A stretch of 64,000 nucleotides of DNA from Flectonema sp. DT1601 (GCA_964019425.1 OZ025803.1:1054001-1118000), one strand, 5' to 3'. Counted from the first letter of the stretch, positions 47,528 to 61,134 are shown. The notes: generated by a model from the sequence alone, not told the origin. A program made the numbers and translations.

Positions 47528-49141
47528 ATGGGTGCTGGGTGCTGTGGTGCTAAGAAAGGAGAAGTGTCACAAGAAAGACGGGGATACGGTGATGACTTTT
47601 CTGAGGAAAGCGAAAGTGAAATTGGTGTAACACAGAGAGGACCGAGTCAGATGTGTGTTGTTAATTTAAAAAGAATGTCGAATCACATCGGAGGAGTCCA
47701 TTCAAGACAAGACAGCATAGCTGGAAGTAGATCCAGTAGGAGAGGGAGGAGATGTCTTGACGATTCTTCAATACCAGATTCTCAGACCTTTATAGCTAGT
47801 GAGGTAGACACACAACCAGCAAGTATCCCTCCATCTCCTACACTCCCTTCTTGCTGGGCTAGACTCATTGCTTTAGATTGTCAATATAAAAGTATTAATA
47901 TTTATGAGCACACTTTTCACTTTGGTCGTGAAATATTTAAAAATAAACTGGTTTCACACACTCAGTTTGTTGTCACTTTACTCGATGCGAAAACCCGTTC
48001 CGTTGAAGTTGAAGATAAAAGTATTAATGGAACATTTTTAAATGGACGTGCGGCCCAAGGTCGCCAAAGCCTTCAACACGGAGATAAAATAAGCTTTCGG
48101 GTCAGTACCGCAGCTGGTATGAAAACTATGTTTCCAGGTTATATTTTCGATCTAACCTCAGGTTCGAACCCGGAGGGAAGAGGATACAAAGTTGGAGAAT
48201 GTGTATTAGGGTCTGGAGCCAATGCAACTGTTCATTTGGGATTCAAAGCTGGAAAGCTGATTGCTGTTAAGAAGATTCACATGTCGTCAGAACTTTCATC
48301 GGAACAGTTTGCAGAAAGACAAAAAGAAATTGATATTCTCTCACTACTAAGTCACAACAACATCGTTACGTACATTGGTTGTGATATCGCGAGAGGTGTC
48401 TTTAACGTGTTACTTGGATTCGTACCGGGAGGTTCGATTTCATCGCTTCTTTCAAAGTTCGGATCATTTGACGAACACGTTTGTCGGATGTACCTCGTGC
48501 AGATATTAGCAGGTCTGAGATACCTTCATGAGAATGGAGTTATTCACATGGATATTAAAGGTGGTAATATTCTAGTCACGCCTGAAGGTGTTTGCAAACT
48601 CGCTGATTTTGGTGCAGCGACAAAAGTAGTTGGAAAAGGAGAGCAGCAGATTAAGAAGTTCTTAGGAACTCCATTATGGACTGCTCCAGAAGTAATGCGT
48701 GATCAACGGTTTACAAGAGGAAGTGACATTTGGTCTTTGGGATGTGTATTAGTTGAGATGGCAAGCGGCAAGCATCCATATGCAGAACGTAATTTCGATA
48801 ACCCTCTCAGTGTTATTATTTTTCAAAGGAGTAATGCAGCCACTCCTCCCGTAACACCCGAAAAGTTATCCGAAGCTGGAGCATCGTTCTTGTCGTCTTG
48901 CTTTGAGTTGTCGCCTTCCAAACGTGGGACGGCAGCAGAATTACTTCATCACCGATTTATAAAATCTAATCCAACACCTCACTCTCATATTGATTCTGGA
49001 TCCGATTTTAATCAAATTAATTCTGTGAAGTCATTCACTTATGACTTCACATCACTTCCTCTTGGAGATGCATCCCCTCCTGCATCATTTGGTTATTCCT
49101 CTTCAGTAAACCTTGGTAGCATTTGTGGGAGGAGCAGGTAA
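47528..49141 (+). CDS. FHA-domain STE11/MEKK-like kinase
   Basis: FHA motifs FGR and DKSINGTFLNG; kinase motifs FVPGGS, HMDIKGGN, DFG and GTPLWTAPE; N-terminal MGAGCC. Confidence 0.9.
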   Translation: MGAGCCGAKKGEVSQERRGYGDDFSEESESEIGVTQRGPSQMCVVNLKRMSNHIGGVHSRQDSIAGSRSSRRGRRCLDDSSIPDSQTFIASEVDTQPASIPPSPTLPSCWARLIALDCQYKSINIYEHTFHFGREIFKNKLVSHTQFVVTLLDAKTRSVEVEDKSINGTFLNGRAAQGRQSLQHGDKISFRVSTAAGMKTMFPGYIFDLTSGSNPEGRGYKVGECVLGSGANATVHLGFKAGKLIAVKKIHMSSELSSEQFAERQKEIDILSLLSHNNIVTYIGCDIARGVFNVLLGFVPGGSISSLLSKFGSFDEHVCRMYLVQILAGLRYLHENGVIHMDIKGGNILVTPEGVCKLADFGAATKVVGKGEQQIKKFLGTPLWTAPEVMRDQRFTRGSDIWSLGCVLVEMASGKHPYAERNFDNPLSVIIFQRSNAATPPVTPEKLSEAGASFLSSCFELSPSKRGTAAELLHHRFIKSNPTPHSHIDSGSDFNQINSVKSFTYDFTSLPLGDASPPASFGYSSSVNLGSICGRSR

Positions 49142-49611
49142 TTGTCTGTCCTTTGGTGGTGATAGAAGTGAAAGGATTATTTTTTTTCTCTTTATTTTTT
49201 TTTAATATCTTGTTCTTGCTGTTGGAGGTAATAAATACCTGCCTGAACCCCTTTAATGTGTACACATTATTATTATCGAAGTCGAAGTCGTCAAAGGAAA
49301 AGTGCTGAACCCCCCCTCCTCCCGCGGGTAATCGTGAAAAAAAAAAAAAAAAAAAGAAAAAGGAAAAAAAACAAAAAATAACGGAAAGTAACAAGTCTCC
49401 TCTATCGATGACGTAACCTTGGCGCTGATTGTTGTCTTTATTTGACGTGACTGATTCAGTTGTTTGTAAAGGTTTTCTCTCAAGAAGGTGGTTACGTTTG
49501 AGGTGCAGGGTTTTAAGATATCAACAATTGGAAGTAGAGAGCTATTGATCACTCATAAACCTGTTTTAGTTACTTGTGAGGATTTTGTTTAGAACATTGC
49601 TGTCTTTAATC

Positions 49612-49642
<31 letters not shown>

Positions 49643-49983
49643 CCCATAAAAGCCGTAGATTATGGCTGATATTTTTTTCTTCTTCTTCTTTCTTCTTTCT
49701 TCTTTCTTCTTTCTTCTTTCAATTTTTTTTGTAAAATTAATAAAGAGTTTGTTATACGAATTCTTGATGTGTTGTGAGTGTGGTGGATTCGTGTTGCATC
49801 TTATCGATCCGACTGTCTGTTCTTTTTTTTTCTTTTTTTTTCTTTTTTGCGGTACACTGAAACTCACTCACTTCTGAGAGAGAACAATTTTCCTTTTTTT
49901 TTTTTTTTTTATTCCCTCGTCTTTTGTAGTTGTAGTATTGCGGTGCAAGTGTTGCGAAGTTTCCCCCCTGGTTTATCGCGAGC

Positions 49984-50014
<31 letters not shown>

Positions 50015-51728
50015 GGTTGAGAACTTTTTAATTAAAAAGTTGAGACAAAAGTTTTTGAAGTTGCTTTGCAGTCAATCAACGTTACTCAACTCATTGATTT
50101 TATTTAGTTGCCTGCGTTTCTTGTTTTATTATTATTATTATTATTTTTCTTTTTTTTTTTTTTTTTTGGTGGGGCATTGACTGCAAGGGAGAGAGGCTCT
50201 CAATACGCAGCGAGTTACGTGCTGACAACTGCAAACGAAGAGAGGTAACAAAAAAGAAAAAAAGGAAAACCTTTTTATCTCCCTTTCATTACAGAAACAA
50301 GATATCCTTATCGCTTGTTTTATTGATGCAATGCAAAATGAGAAAGCTATACAGGGAAATAAAAAGACACGAAAAAAAAAAAATTTAAACGCACGGAAAT
50401 ACCACCTGCCTCCCTCCAGAATATGTTTTGTTTAGTTCCAACTGTATGATGCTGCTTTGTTTTATTTTATTTTTGAATAAGCCGTTCTTTGGTAGTCATG
50501 TGCTTCAGTCGGTAGACGTTGACGTGACAATTTTGTATTAGTGCGTAGCAGAAGTCCTCACTTGTAGATGCGCTAATTAACAACAGGAGGTGGTGTGAAT
50601 AATTACTTCTTGTGAGGAACGTAATTATATGTTTGAGTTTATAACAAATAAAATGAAAGAAAGAAAACAACTGACTGATACGACTTTAGTCTGATTTCCT
50701 ACCTGATTGCGTGTAATCCTTTCTAGCCCTTAACAGGTTTCGTTCGCGAAGCGAAAAGAAAAAAGAGAAAGAAAAAGAAAGTGTTCCCATTAAATATTGG
50801 ATCCCTCCCTCTCACTCTCGTTCCGATCGCGCGCTTTCTTTTTCAGGTTGGTAACCGTATGATGTATCTAGCCGCTATAAACATATCCATTTATTATAAA
50901 AAAACCAACACAACAGTCATGTGAAACAGAAATAATTAAGCAAACATAAAAGAGGTTTGATGGATTCTACAAATCAAAAACACACTCCAAGTTTCTCCTT
51001 TTCGCTGTTGCAGGAGGCAGTTTGCTTAGAATGTACAGTTCCCATACTCATGAGTGTGCTTAGTGGGATTCTGTTTGTGTACAGAAGTGGGTTTGTTGAA
51101 GTGCTGTATTCTCGCATATAATATTAATCTTTCAGTTCTTTTTTTCTTTTTTTAAATTTCCCTCCCCGCTGTGGTCCTTAACTCTTTCTGGTTCTTTCCC
51201 ACTCCCTTTCTACAACGCTTGCTTGTACAGGTGAGCTCACTGGCAAGGCTGCTCTTTTTGCTAGGAAGCAGTTAGCTAACGAGATTGTCTTCTTCACTTT
51301 TGTTCTCTTATTTCGTTCAACCGCAATGTTGACAGCAACTCGTATGAGGGGAAAAAAGAAGCTCCGAGATTTTTAGTCTCAAATTCTGGTGTTGATGTCT
51401 TACCCCGCAGGATACTTGTTGTCAGTAAAAAAAAGCTGTGCGGCTAGATGTGAGCGAGAATACTTTCCTGCCTACGGGTTGTTTCTCTTACGGTGGTGGG
51501 GTGGGAGTGCAGTCGGAAACAGATAACAGGACACATACTCCCTTTTTTTTAATTTTATTTTATTTTATTTCTGTGGTTTTCACCCTCAGAAATATTAATA
51601 CATACATTTTGCCCACTCCTTGAACGATTTTTAGTTTTTTTAAATTTCTTTTTTTTTTTCTTTTCGTCATACGAATTAGATGTTTCATTTTTTTCTTATT
51701 ATGCTACTCGGGACTATACTTATCTGGG

Positions 51729-51760
<32 letters not shown>

Positions 51761-52285
51761 CATTTTGCGACAAAACCACACAAGCCACTTCCCCTTTTCA
51801 TATTGGTATTCTTATTATGTTATTATTGAGAGATAAACTGAGATGTCTGTTTTTTTTTGCAAATAAAAACTATCTTTCTTACCAGATACTGAATTGGTTG
51901 TATGATTGATGATTATCAAAAGTTCCTTATCACTGGGTACATAGTGTGGTCGGTTTATTTTTTTTTTATTACTTTTGTTTCAAACAGAGAGGTGATCAAA
52001 CAAAGAAAACATGGCCAAACAAGGATTTACGATGCGCTCCCCTGCGAGTTTTGTATTTGGAACAATCGGTTGGTTTTTAGTGATGACTGCTCCTCATTGG
52101 GGCTCTACCTATATGTACGGATCTATGAACAAATTTAAGTTGGTATGTGTCCTTTCTAATGTTTGATTTAAAAAAAAAAACAAACAAACAAACAAAAAAA
52201 AACAAATTCAGGTCTGGGAAAAGGAAGAGGAGAGATTGGCTGAGGAGTAGAGAGGTTTTCATATCTTATACTGCTTTACTTATAA

Positions 52286-52320
<35 letters not shown>

Positions 52321-53177
52321 GTTCCCTGGTGAGTGAAAGCACTGTAGTGTTATTCGGGGAGGTCTGTCTGTCCGCTGCATAGGGCGAGGGGCCTCAATTT
52401 GGGTTTTTATTTTATATTATGTGTTGGGCTACAATTATTGAATTTGTTTTAAAAATTAAAAAAAAAAAAAAAGAAAATATAAATTGGTGGTTACTTGATT
52501 GGTGCAAACACAACCACGTACTACTCGTAAAGCCTTTCTTTTTAAAATATTTTTTCTTTGTTTTTTATTGCACATGTTACTATCAGTTTGCCTCTTTTTT
52601 TTCTTCTTTTTTTTTTTTCTTGAACCAGCAAGTTACAAATTAGTTGTTTCCCGCATTATTTTTTTGGTTTTTGATTTCACAAGTGTAAACACAGTGTTGC
52701 CATAAGGAGCCCAACGGAATTTGAGCTTTTTTCTTCTTCTTTTTTTTCCCCCTTTGTTGTTGTTACTTTCAAGCGCAAAGGTACCAGAAGCTTTCCTAAA
52801 AAAAAAAAAAAAATACGCAGCATAGTCGCCAGGGAAATCTTGTTTTTTTTTCTTTTTTTTTCCTCTTCCTTTTTTATTTTTTTTTTTTTTGCGAGTTTTG
52901 TCTTGTGAAAAAAAAAAAAAAAAAGAGGATTTTTAGTTATTCGGGGAAAGGAAAATAAAGAAGAAATAAATTGATCTGTTTTGTAGTAAGAATACCTGTT
53001 TGGGTATGCTTTATTAATTCATTTTATTTTATTTTTTTTCTATAAAGGGATAAAACAAAAAAACCGACAAATATATATCCATACGGAATAATAATATTAA
53101 AAGCAGAAAAGACCCCTATCCATTATTAATTTCTATTTAAGTTTGGATGATTTATTTTTCCACAGAAAAGTGATTTG

Positions 53178-56100
53178 ATGTCCCACCAAGAACACGGAAT
53201 CGGGGCCCCAACCCGTCGATCCAGTCCCTGGAGAGAGCGTCAGGGTGGTTTACAAAGAGACAGAGTTATTAGTCCTTCGAGAAAAACTGTTGATAATAAA
53301 ATAAGTAATCAAACTGTTGAATTACTATTCGCACAACAGAATGAAATAGAAGACTCTCTTGAAAGCAGACTATGCGGCACAGTCAACGCTCTGAGAGATG
53401 AAGTCAGGGAGCTGGAACTGCGACTCGCAAGAGCAGAAGACCGAAAGTTCGAACCGACAACAATCCAAATGGAGGAAGCCGTTCAATCCGCTCTGTCACT
53501 TTATGCAGATCAGGGTGCTGACGCATTGTCGTGTTTGGGAGATGAATTGCTGAGACCAGCTAATGCTCCTCCTCTTTATCCAGATTCTCGTCATCTACCT
53601 GTTTGTAAGAATCTACGATCATCTTTAACAACATTCATATCGGAGATGATTACCAAACAGATCTCTCGTATGTGGGATGAGCCGACAGCATCAGTACCGC
53701 AATCTGTTCGTAAACACCTCTCTGAGGTTGTTCGTAGTTTTCAAGAAACTCTCAACTCACTTCATGGAGACATCAGCGAGTTAAAAGAAAGCCATCCTCT
53801 TAGCGTTCGTATTACTGCAATTGAGTCCAACCTCTCTGGGAAACGACAAGTTGACATCGATGGTGAGCTTCAACTTAAAGTAACAGACATTGATAGAAGG
53901 TATGTCTGATTATTATTTACTTGGTAAACACTCATGTCGATGTCATCATTTTATGTTAAATGAAATAAAACTCAAAACAGATACGCTGACCTGTCAGCCA
54001 GACTCGACAACTTACGAGAACAGTTTGACAACAGCAAATCTGATGAAGGATCTCCGAGTGCTGCAGATATTGAAAATACATTAAAATCACATCAGGAGGA
54101 AGTCTGGTCTCACATATCCGCAACAGAGAAGACAATTGAGCGACTCATTCAAAAGAATGGAGGCGGTAATAGAGATGCTACCAAACTCACTCGAGATCTC
54201 AGCGAACTACAATCTGAGATGGTAGAAGTCCAAGACCTCGCTAGACAAGTACGACAGATGGATCGCGTGAAGGATGAAATGCGACAACTCCGCTCTGATG
54301 TTTCTAATCAAATTACGGAATCGACTTCCTCCACCGCGAGACAGCTCCAGGTATGTTAGTGTCGTAGTCGGAGAAGAAACTATTCAGATTGAAAGCCGGT
54401 AATTCTTATGGTCATGATTTATTTTCCCCGTGCGACAGGATTTTGTCTGCGTTCAACGAAGTTAATATTCAATCTTGAGGGAATGAACAACATTACTCCG
54501 TCCCCACGTCAGTGCACACCTCTCAGCTTCTCCTTGATAAATACAAGTGAACGTGTCTTCGGGTTGGACTTTGTGATTCCAGTTACCTCTATTACCTTAA
54601 GCGGTTCTGAAGCCTTTATCGGATTCTCTCTTACTACTGGGGATATTAAAGTTGAAATAAAAGTTGTATTAAGACTGACGATTAAGCTAAATTGGTTTTA
54701 GCTGAGACCCGGGTCTAACTGCTCCGAAACAACGCTCTCGTAAGGTCCGTACATGTTTATCTGTTCTGAGTATGAGGTCGTGACGTACCTTCCTTCTAGT
54801 ACGTCTTGTATGTCCCCTCTGACTCAGCTGGTCTTCATCGCTTATCGCGCCCTGTGTTGATCTACAGATGGCGTTCAGCTAATCTGAATGGTTTCGTCCA
54901 TTCTCATGCCGATAAATCACCAGTGTCGACATTCCTTTTCAACGCAATAGCCTAAATACCCAATAAAGTTATTTAATACTGTTTTGTTATGATGTAAAAA
55001 GACAACTAAATTAATAAATTAGGAAGTCAACAGTCGTACCCGAGAGGATGTCAGAGATTCCATCGAAGAAGTCAGACGGGAAGCTATCACTCGATCAGAG
55101 TTCATGTCTGGCAGCAGACGTACCTCTGATCACCTCAACCGTGTGACTGATACGTTAGAGGAGTTGGAATCAAGAATACTTGACACTGCGATACAACAAA
55201 TAGATTCCGCAAAGTTAGCAACTAATGGAAGGTATGATAACAAAAGTCAATAGTTCACAAATTATTTATAACTTTGCTTTGCTAAATAACAACACCACAC
55301 CCACCAGACTATCACAACTTGAGGATGACGTCTCACAGCTCACTACAGTTGGAGGTGATGTAAAACATTTAAAGGCAGACAATGAAGCGACAAAAGAAGA
55401 TCTCAATTCTAGAATCACATCACTTGAAACCAATGACAGACGAAGGGATGGCAACGAACGGTCTCTTCGCAGACTCGAAACTAAGCAACGCGACATCGAA
55501 GAAAAGTTAATTAGAGTTCCGACACCTGAAGGTATCGATCGCGATATGAGACGGCTAACGCAGGACTTCGACGGAAAATACCAAACCTTAGAGACCAAGG
55601 TAGCCACTGGTAAGGTACGGAGCTATTTTTATTTTTTATCCACCTTTTTTGCACAAATAAAAAAAAAACAAAGTGTGAAAATTATTAGTGAGGACCGATT
55701 CCATTATTTTTTCCAATAAACCCAACCACAGAATACAACTCCACAAGACCTGCAGGAGATCAGAGAGGCGCTGTCTAAGAAGGCTGAACAGGAAGACATT
55801 GCTGAAATAGCTGAGGGTCTGGAAACACTTGAAGGAAGAGTCACAGCACTGGAAGTTAATAAAGAAACTGGCTCCTCTGAAGAGGATTTACGTCAAGTTA
55901 CTGAAGCACTCGCTGATTTAGAAGAAAACCTTCGAAGAACTGCCAGCAAAGTAAACGCCGTCTCCACTCAACATGATGCCCTGTCACAACACAGTAAGCA
56001 GATTGATGGTAATCTCTCTGAGGAACTTTCAATTGTTCGAAATGCTCTGGACGCTACTAATGACAGGTCTGTTTTTATTAGAAAATATGTTAACTTTGTT

Positions 56101-56657
56101 AGAAAACAAAACAAAATATAAAAAAAACAGAATCAACGGGGTGGAAATCAAACTGGCAGACTCTACTTCAGGTCCAGAGGCACAGCAGATGCATGAGGAA
56201 CAGGCTCGTATTAGTACGTTTGTTAGTATTTATAGCTATTTATTATTTATTATATTTCAGAGAAAACAAATACCAAACAGGAACTGATAACCAGTCAGTA
56301 AAGTCTGAAATCAAAGGAATCCTAGAAGAGAATACCGACATTAAAGCATTCGTAATGAGAGTTAACGATGCTGTTAAACAACTAAGTGGTTATGTTGATC
56401 AAAGTGTTACAGCAAAGGATGAGCTTCTTCACGATCATGAAAACAGAATTCAGTGTGTAGAAAGTGACCTGGTGTTGGCAACAAATCAAATGACAAACGT
56501 AGTTAAGATCTCAGAAGCACTTCGAACCACAACTACTGAGGGAGGTCCGGGTTCACCAATTGCTGGATTGTACTCAGAAACTAGAAGCCCTCCATTCTCG
56601 TTTGACAGACCGCACTCTAGAGCTCCATCGAGGGTCTCTTCGACTGTGTTGGATTAG
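53178..56657 (+). CDS. Multi-exon coiled-coil protein of unknown function
   Basis: Heptad-rich exons joined by GT-AG introns (e.g. 53900-53980 and 54351-55022, plus four more). Confidence 0.8.
54363..54895. mobile_element. Internally deleted copy of the 31183-32470 element, located in an intron
   Basis: Shares both ends with the 31.2-32.5 kb copy. Confidence 0.7.
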
Positions 56658-56916
56658 ATGTGAATTTGGTTATTTTATAGAAGATTTTTTGGACTTTTCT
56701 CCCCCGTTTTTTTTAGATTAGAAGATTTATTAAAAATTTCATTTTTGTTCTCCTTTTGTTAAAGAAACCTTGTCGAACTAAATCCTTTTCCCATTTATTA
56801 TTATTCTTATGTTGTATCCTAACTGCTGTACTTATTCAAATGTTTTATGATTGATCTCAGGTGGTGTTATTAAATAATTCACTTTTTGTAATCAGCTTTA
56901 ACGACTTTCTATTAAA

Positions 56917-57933
56917 ATGGGAAAAGGAGGAGGTAAAGGAAAGGGAGGAGGTAAAGGAGGAGGAAAGGGAAAGGGAGGAGGTAAGGGAAAGGGAGGAAAA
57001 GGAGGAAAGAAGGGAGGAAAGGGAGGTAAGGGAGGTAAGAAGGGAGGAAAGAAGGGAGGAGCAGGAATGCAGGTTGTCGTCGAAGCTCACTTGAGACACG
57101 AAGGAGTCTACGTATCAAAGAAGGGAAAGGAGCAGAGTTTGTTGACTTTGAACATGGTTCCTGGAGTCTCTGTTTACGGTGAGAAGAGATTGGCTAGCGG
57201 TGGAGAAGATGACAAGAAGGAATACCGTGTCTGGTCTCCATTCCGTTCGAAGTTGGCCGCCGCCATTGTCGGAGGAGTTGACAACCTTTGGATCAAGCCT
57301 GGCTCAAAGGTCCTTTACCTCGGTGCTGCTTCCGGTACTACCGTTTCCCACGTTTCCGATCTGGTAGGACCAACCGGTTGGGTGTACGCTGTTGAATTCT
57401 CCCCACGTTCCGGCAGAGAACTTGTCGAGATGGTTAAGAAGCGGCCAAACGTTGTCCCAATCGTTGAGGATGCCCGTCTCCCAAACAAGTACAGAATGCT
57501 TGTTCCTATGGTAGATGTTATCTTCAGTGATGTTGCCCAGCCTAACGCCGTATGTTTACTTTTATTTGTTGTAAATATTTTAAAGGAAACTAAAATAACA
57601 TTTTAAATAAACAACACACAGACTGAAATCATTGAGCTCAACGCCAAGCACTTCCTCAAGAACGATGGACACTTCATCCTCACCATTAAGGCAAACTGCA
57701 TTGACTCCACTGCCCCTGCCGCAGCTGTCATCGCTGGAGAGATCGAAAAGATGAAGAAGCTTAAGTTGAGACCACAGGAACAGTTGACCCTTGAGCCGTT
57801 TGAGAGAGATCACGCTGTCGTATGTTGTTTTTTCTTTACAAGACATTGTTTGAGTCATCTCTACGAAACAAACATAACAAAATCACAACAGGTGGTGGGT
57901 GTCTACAGACAGACCAAGAAGAAGAAGGAATAG
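56917..57933 (+). CDS. NOP1: Fibrillarin (introns 57550-57621 and 57820-57891)
   Basis: [31 protein letters not shown] and [13 protein letters not shown]. Confidence 0.97.
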
Positions 57934-59118
57934 ACCTGAAGCTTGTTTAATAAAAAAAATCCTCCTCTCATCCCAAAATCACCCCTTTTCTTCTTTCAAT
58001 CAGCATTAAGACGCACCCCATTCCCATCCCTAAAAAAAACAAAAACAAAAACAAAAAAACTTTTTACTTTTGCGAAGATCCTTCTTTTTAAATGAGGAAC
58101 AGATAATTTAACACATAATAAAAACCGATAAAACAAAACAAAAAAAATAAATAAAACAATAATTAAAAAAAAAAAAAAAAATGGACAAGAAATGGGAAGA
58201 CTGTTTTGGAAAAGTTTGTCTATGTCATTGTCCTGCTGTTAAGTGTTTTTATTTAATAATCACATGAAATAGAAGCCCTGCCATAAATTAAGCTGGGGGG
58301 TTGGGAGAGTTGAAAGTATACTTTTGGAAGGAAAGAAAACAAACAAAAGTACTACTACCTGCCTTTACATGTTGCTTTCTCCTCGCGTCCCACATGTTTT
58401 TAGTCAGAAAGACAACTAAAAGAAAAAGAAAACAATTAAAACTCTCTTGCAATACTGCTGTAGACAAGTGTTCGCAACACATTGGACTGGTCGGTTTTGG
58501 GAAGGCACAGTCGCCTCTTCCAGGGCAACAGTCTCTGATAACACTGCTGATGTCACAGTTAAGGAAGAAGGATTTCGTTTTTTCATTTTTTTTCATGGGG
58601 CTTAAACAAAAAAAAAAAACAATTTCTTTTTTTATTTTCTCTTTCATTTTTGAAGAAAAATTACGCTTGTATTAAACAGAAATATATTTGCCCCAAATCT
58701 CCCCCTTTTTTACATCAAATTTTTTTTTTCCTTGTCTTAAGTTCTCCAAGTCACTATTATTATCAAAGCGTTGAAAAAAGGGGGTGGGAAGAAGAAAGCC
58801 TCCCCCCCTGTCATTTTTTTCCTTCCTTCGTTTGACTTTTTCCTTCGGTTGGGGGGGGGAGGTAGTTTTTTTTTAAAGTACTACGACAAAAAAAAAAAAA
58901 AAAAACAGAGAAGGAAAAGCTTTTTTATTTTTTGGAGACAAAAAGAAGGAATGATGGATACTCAGGTGGCAAAGTAAAACTATTTTTCTCTCACAGTAAT
59001 CTCATGAAGGGTGTCCCATTTAGTCATTTTTGAACACAATCTGGTCACAGTTGTAAAGGGATTTTTTTCCCCTCCTTTTTTTTTATATGTTTTTCTTTTA
59101 TTACAGCTTCACAAACAA

Positions 59119-60049
59119 ATGCCTGTTGCTTCACGGCCAGTGGATAAGCAGCTCACCCTGTCATTCAACATGAGGGGGGTGTCAATATTGCGAGCAGCTG
59201 AAGAACGTTTTTGGATTGGTTCCTCTTCAGCGAAACCCCCAACATCACCTTCAGGAGAGCCTCTGAAGGTCGCAACTGAAATTCAACAAGAAACTCATTC
59301 GATAATTATAAATCAATTGAGGAAAGACTGCAACTGGTCAGTATTCGGATGCAATGCATACTACTCAGACAAGAGTATATTCAAAGTACTAAATAACACA
59401 AACAGAATTGAGTGTGGATTACAAGTCTATCGATTGAGTAAATCACTTATCACACAAACCTCCCTGCATCTGAATTACTTTGCCAATGCGATTCGTGCAA
59501 GTCGTGTTTTACTGAAGGATATCATTCCTCGGTATGAAGTTTTTCTTTTAGCATCCTCAGAAGGATGTGTTAATCAACTAAAGCCTTCACAGCTATAATT
59601 TATCGAAGTTCAACAGAGGGCAGTACGTAGATGTTAATGAGGAGGAGGTTGATAAGACTGCTTTAGTATTCCCAACTTTAGAAAGAGTTTTGATAACAGG
59701 ATTATGCAAGCATGCTCCTCAATATGATGCAGTCACTGAATGTTATGTTAAACCTGTTGATCCTGATAAAGCCTTCGCAGCAGTAAGAAAGCATTTTCGA
59801 AAATATTTACGATTTGAAGTACCCTCAGACCAGCCACAATTCTTCGCGACTGTGACATTCCCATTTAGTGTCCAGTCTGCTGGGTTTTGTGGTCCTGAGA
59901 TCTGGCATGAAGTTGGTCAAGTTATTCCGTCTTCGCTTCTCTTCTACTCCGTCGGTGAGATTGCAGGGGGTGTAGGGAATGATGCACTTGAAAAATTCTT
60001 ACTAACAAGAAGTGCTTTTAGTGAGTTTATTATTGGGCAAACTGAATAG
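59119..60049 (+). CDS. Hypothetical protein, probably spliced
   Basis: Two adjacent ORF blocks with plausible GT-AG introns (~59338-59404, ~59532-59616). Confidence 0.55.
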
Positions 60050-60250
60050 CCAAATAGCTGTCTTTGCTGATGAAAATAATTAGCAAAACCATCTCTCATT
60101 ATAAACCATGTTGTTAGTTTTTAGTGGTCAGTTCATTAATGTATTTCATTCTTCAGGAGGCAAACAAGATCTGGGGAAGCCAATCTGATTTTGGATTGCC
60201 AGTTAGAGTTGCTAGTAAAAGGTGTTAATACACATTCCAATCAGTACACA

Positions 60251-60517
60251 ATGCCAAGCATTTCGGTCACAGCCTCTACTGGCAATACCGAAAACTGCGG
60301 CACCTTTTCACGGTATGGTTCATCTGGTGCCACTCGGGTCAGATGTCCAAAAGGCTATCAAATGACTGGAGGAGGAATGCACAATGACATACGCATATTT
60401 GGACCAGCAGGGGGATTTGGTGAAAGTGCGCCACATGAGAACGGTTGGAAATGTGATACAGGTTTTGGAATTGATGGAAAGAGAACTTGTTATGTAAGGT
60501 GTTGCAAGGCCATTTAA
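60251..60517 (+). CDS. Small Cys-rich protein (CPxGYxxTGGG...WxC...CC)
   Basis: 88-aa ORF from ATG 60251 with a patterned Cys/Gly motif. Confidence 0.6.
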   Translation: MPSISVTASTGNTENCGTFSRYGSSGATRVRCPKGYQMTGGGMHNDIRIFGPAGGFGESAPHENGWKCDTGFGIDGKRTCYVRCCKAI

Positions 60518-61134
60518 CTTATTTCACAAAGGATTTGCTACAGTACCGCAACCAAGTAATCTCTCTGCTTTCAGCATTTTTGAGAGGAAAGAAAAAAAAA
60601 AAATGCTTTGACAACCTTCTGGGAAAAAAAAAAAAAAAGTACTAAAACCCGTTCAGTTCGAGTCTGGGTCGCGTCATTTTTCCTGTCGGGGGTTAGATGA
60701 CGTCGTTGGTGTTGGGGAAGTGGTATAATATCAGCCGGAGTGTGTCAGCTACACTCTGACATCCCCAGCTTTGGGGGGGCCAGTAGTTGTGTGGAATGGG
60801 GAAGGTTGTCTGGGTATCGGTCGCTTGTGTCCGGTGTGCAGATGTCCTGTCCTGGTTAGTCTGGTGTGCCCATTGGCTCTTCGGCGCAAGCTGTTGAGAA
60901 AAGGGGCTCAAAGAGGGGCGAACCGGGCCAGGCTGGCCACAGAGCAGCTCATAGTCCCCGCAACAGACAGTTCCAGGAAGGCAGGACTGAGCATCGGCTC
61001 AAGTACCGCCAGACAGAGTCCTCGAACCACACAGCCCATTTTTTCCGCCGCATGGAACTGATTACTACTGTAGGTATCTTATCTGTCTGATGTATCCGAT
61101 TTTGTTAATTATTGTATTTTATTTTTCAGGACTG

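Noticed and set aside
46000..53100. Many 60-115 aa F/K-rich ORFs, including 51902-52138
   Set aside because: Mostly homopolymer-driven intergenic or UTR sequence; a small spliced gene near 51.9-52.1 kb cannot be excluded but is unsupported
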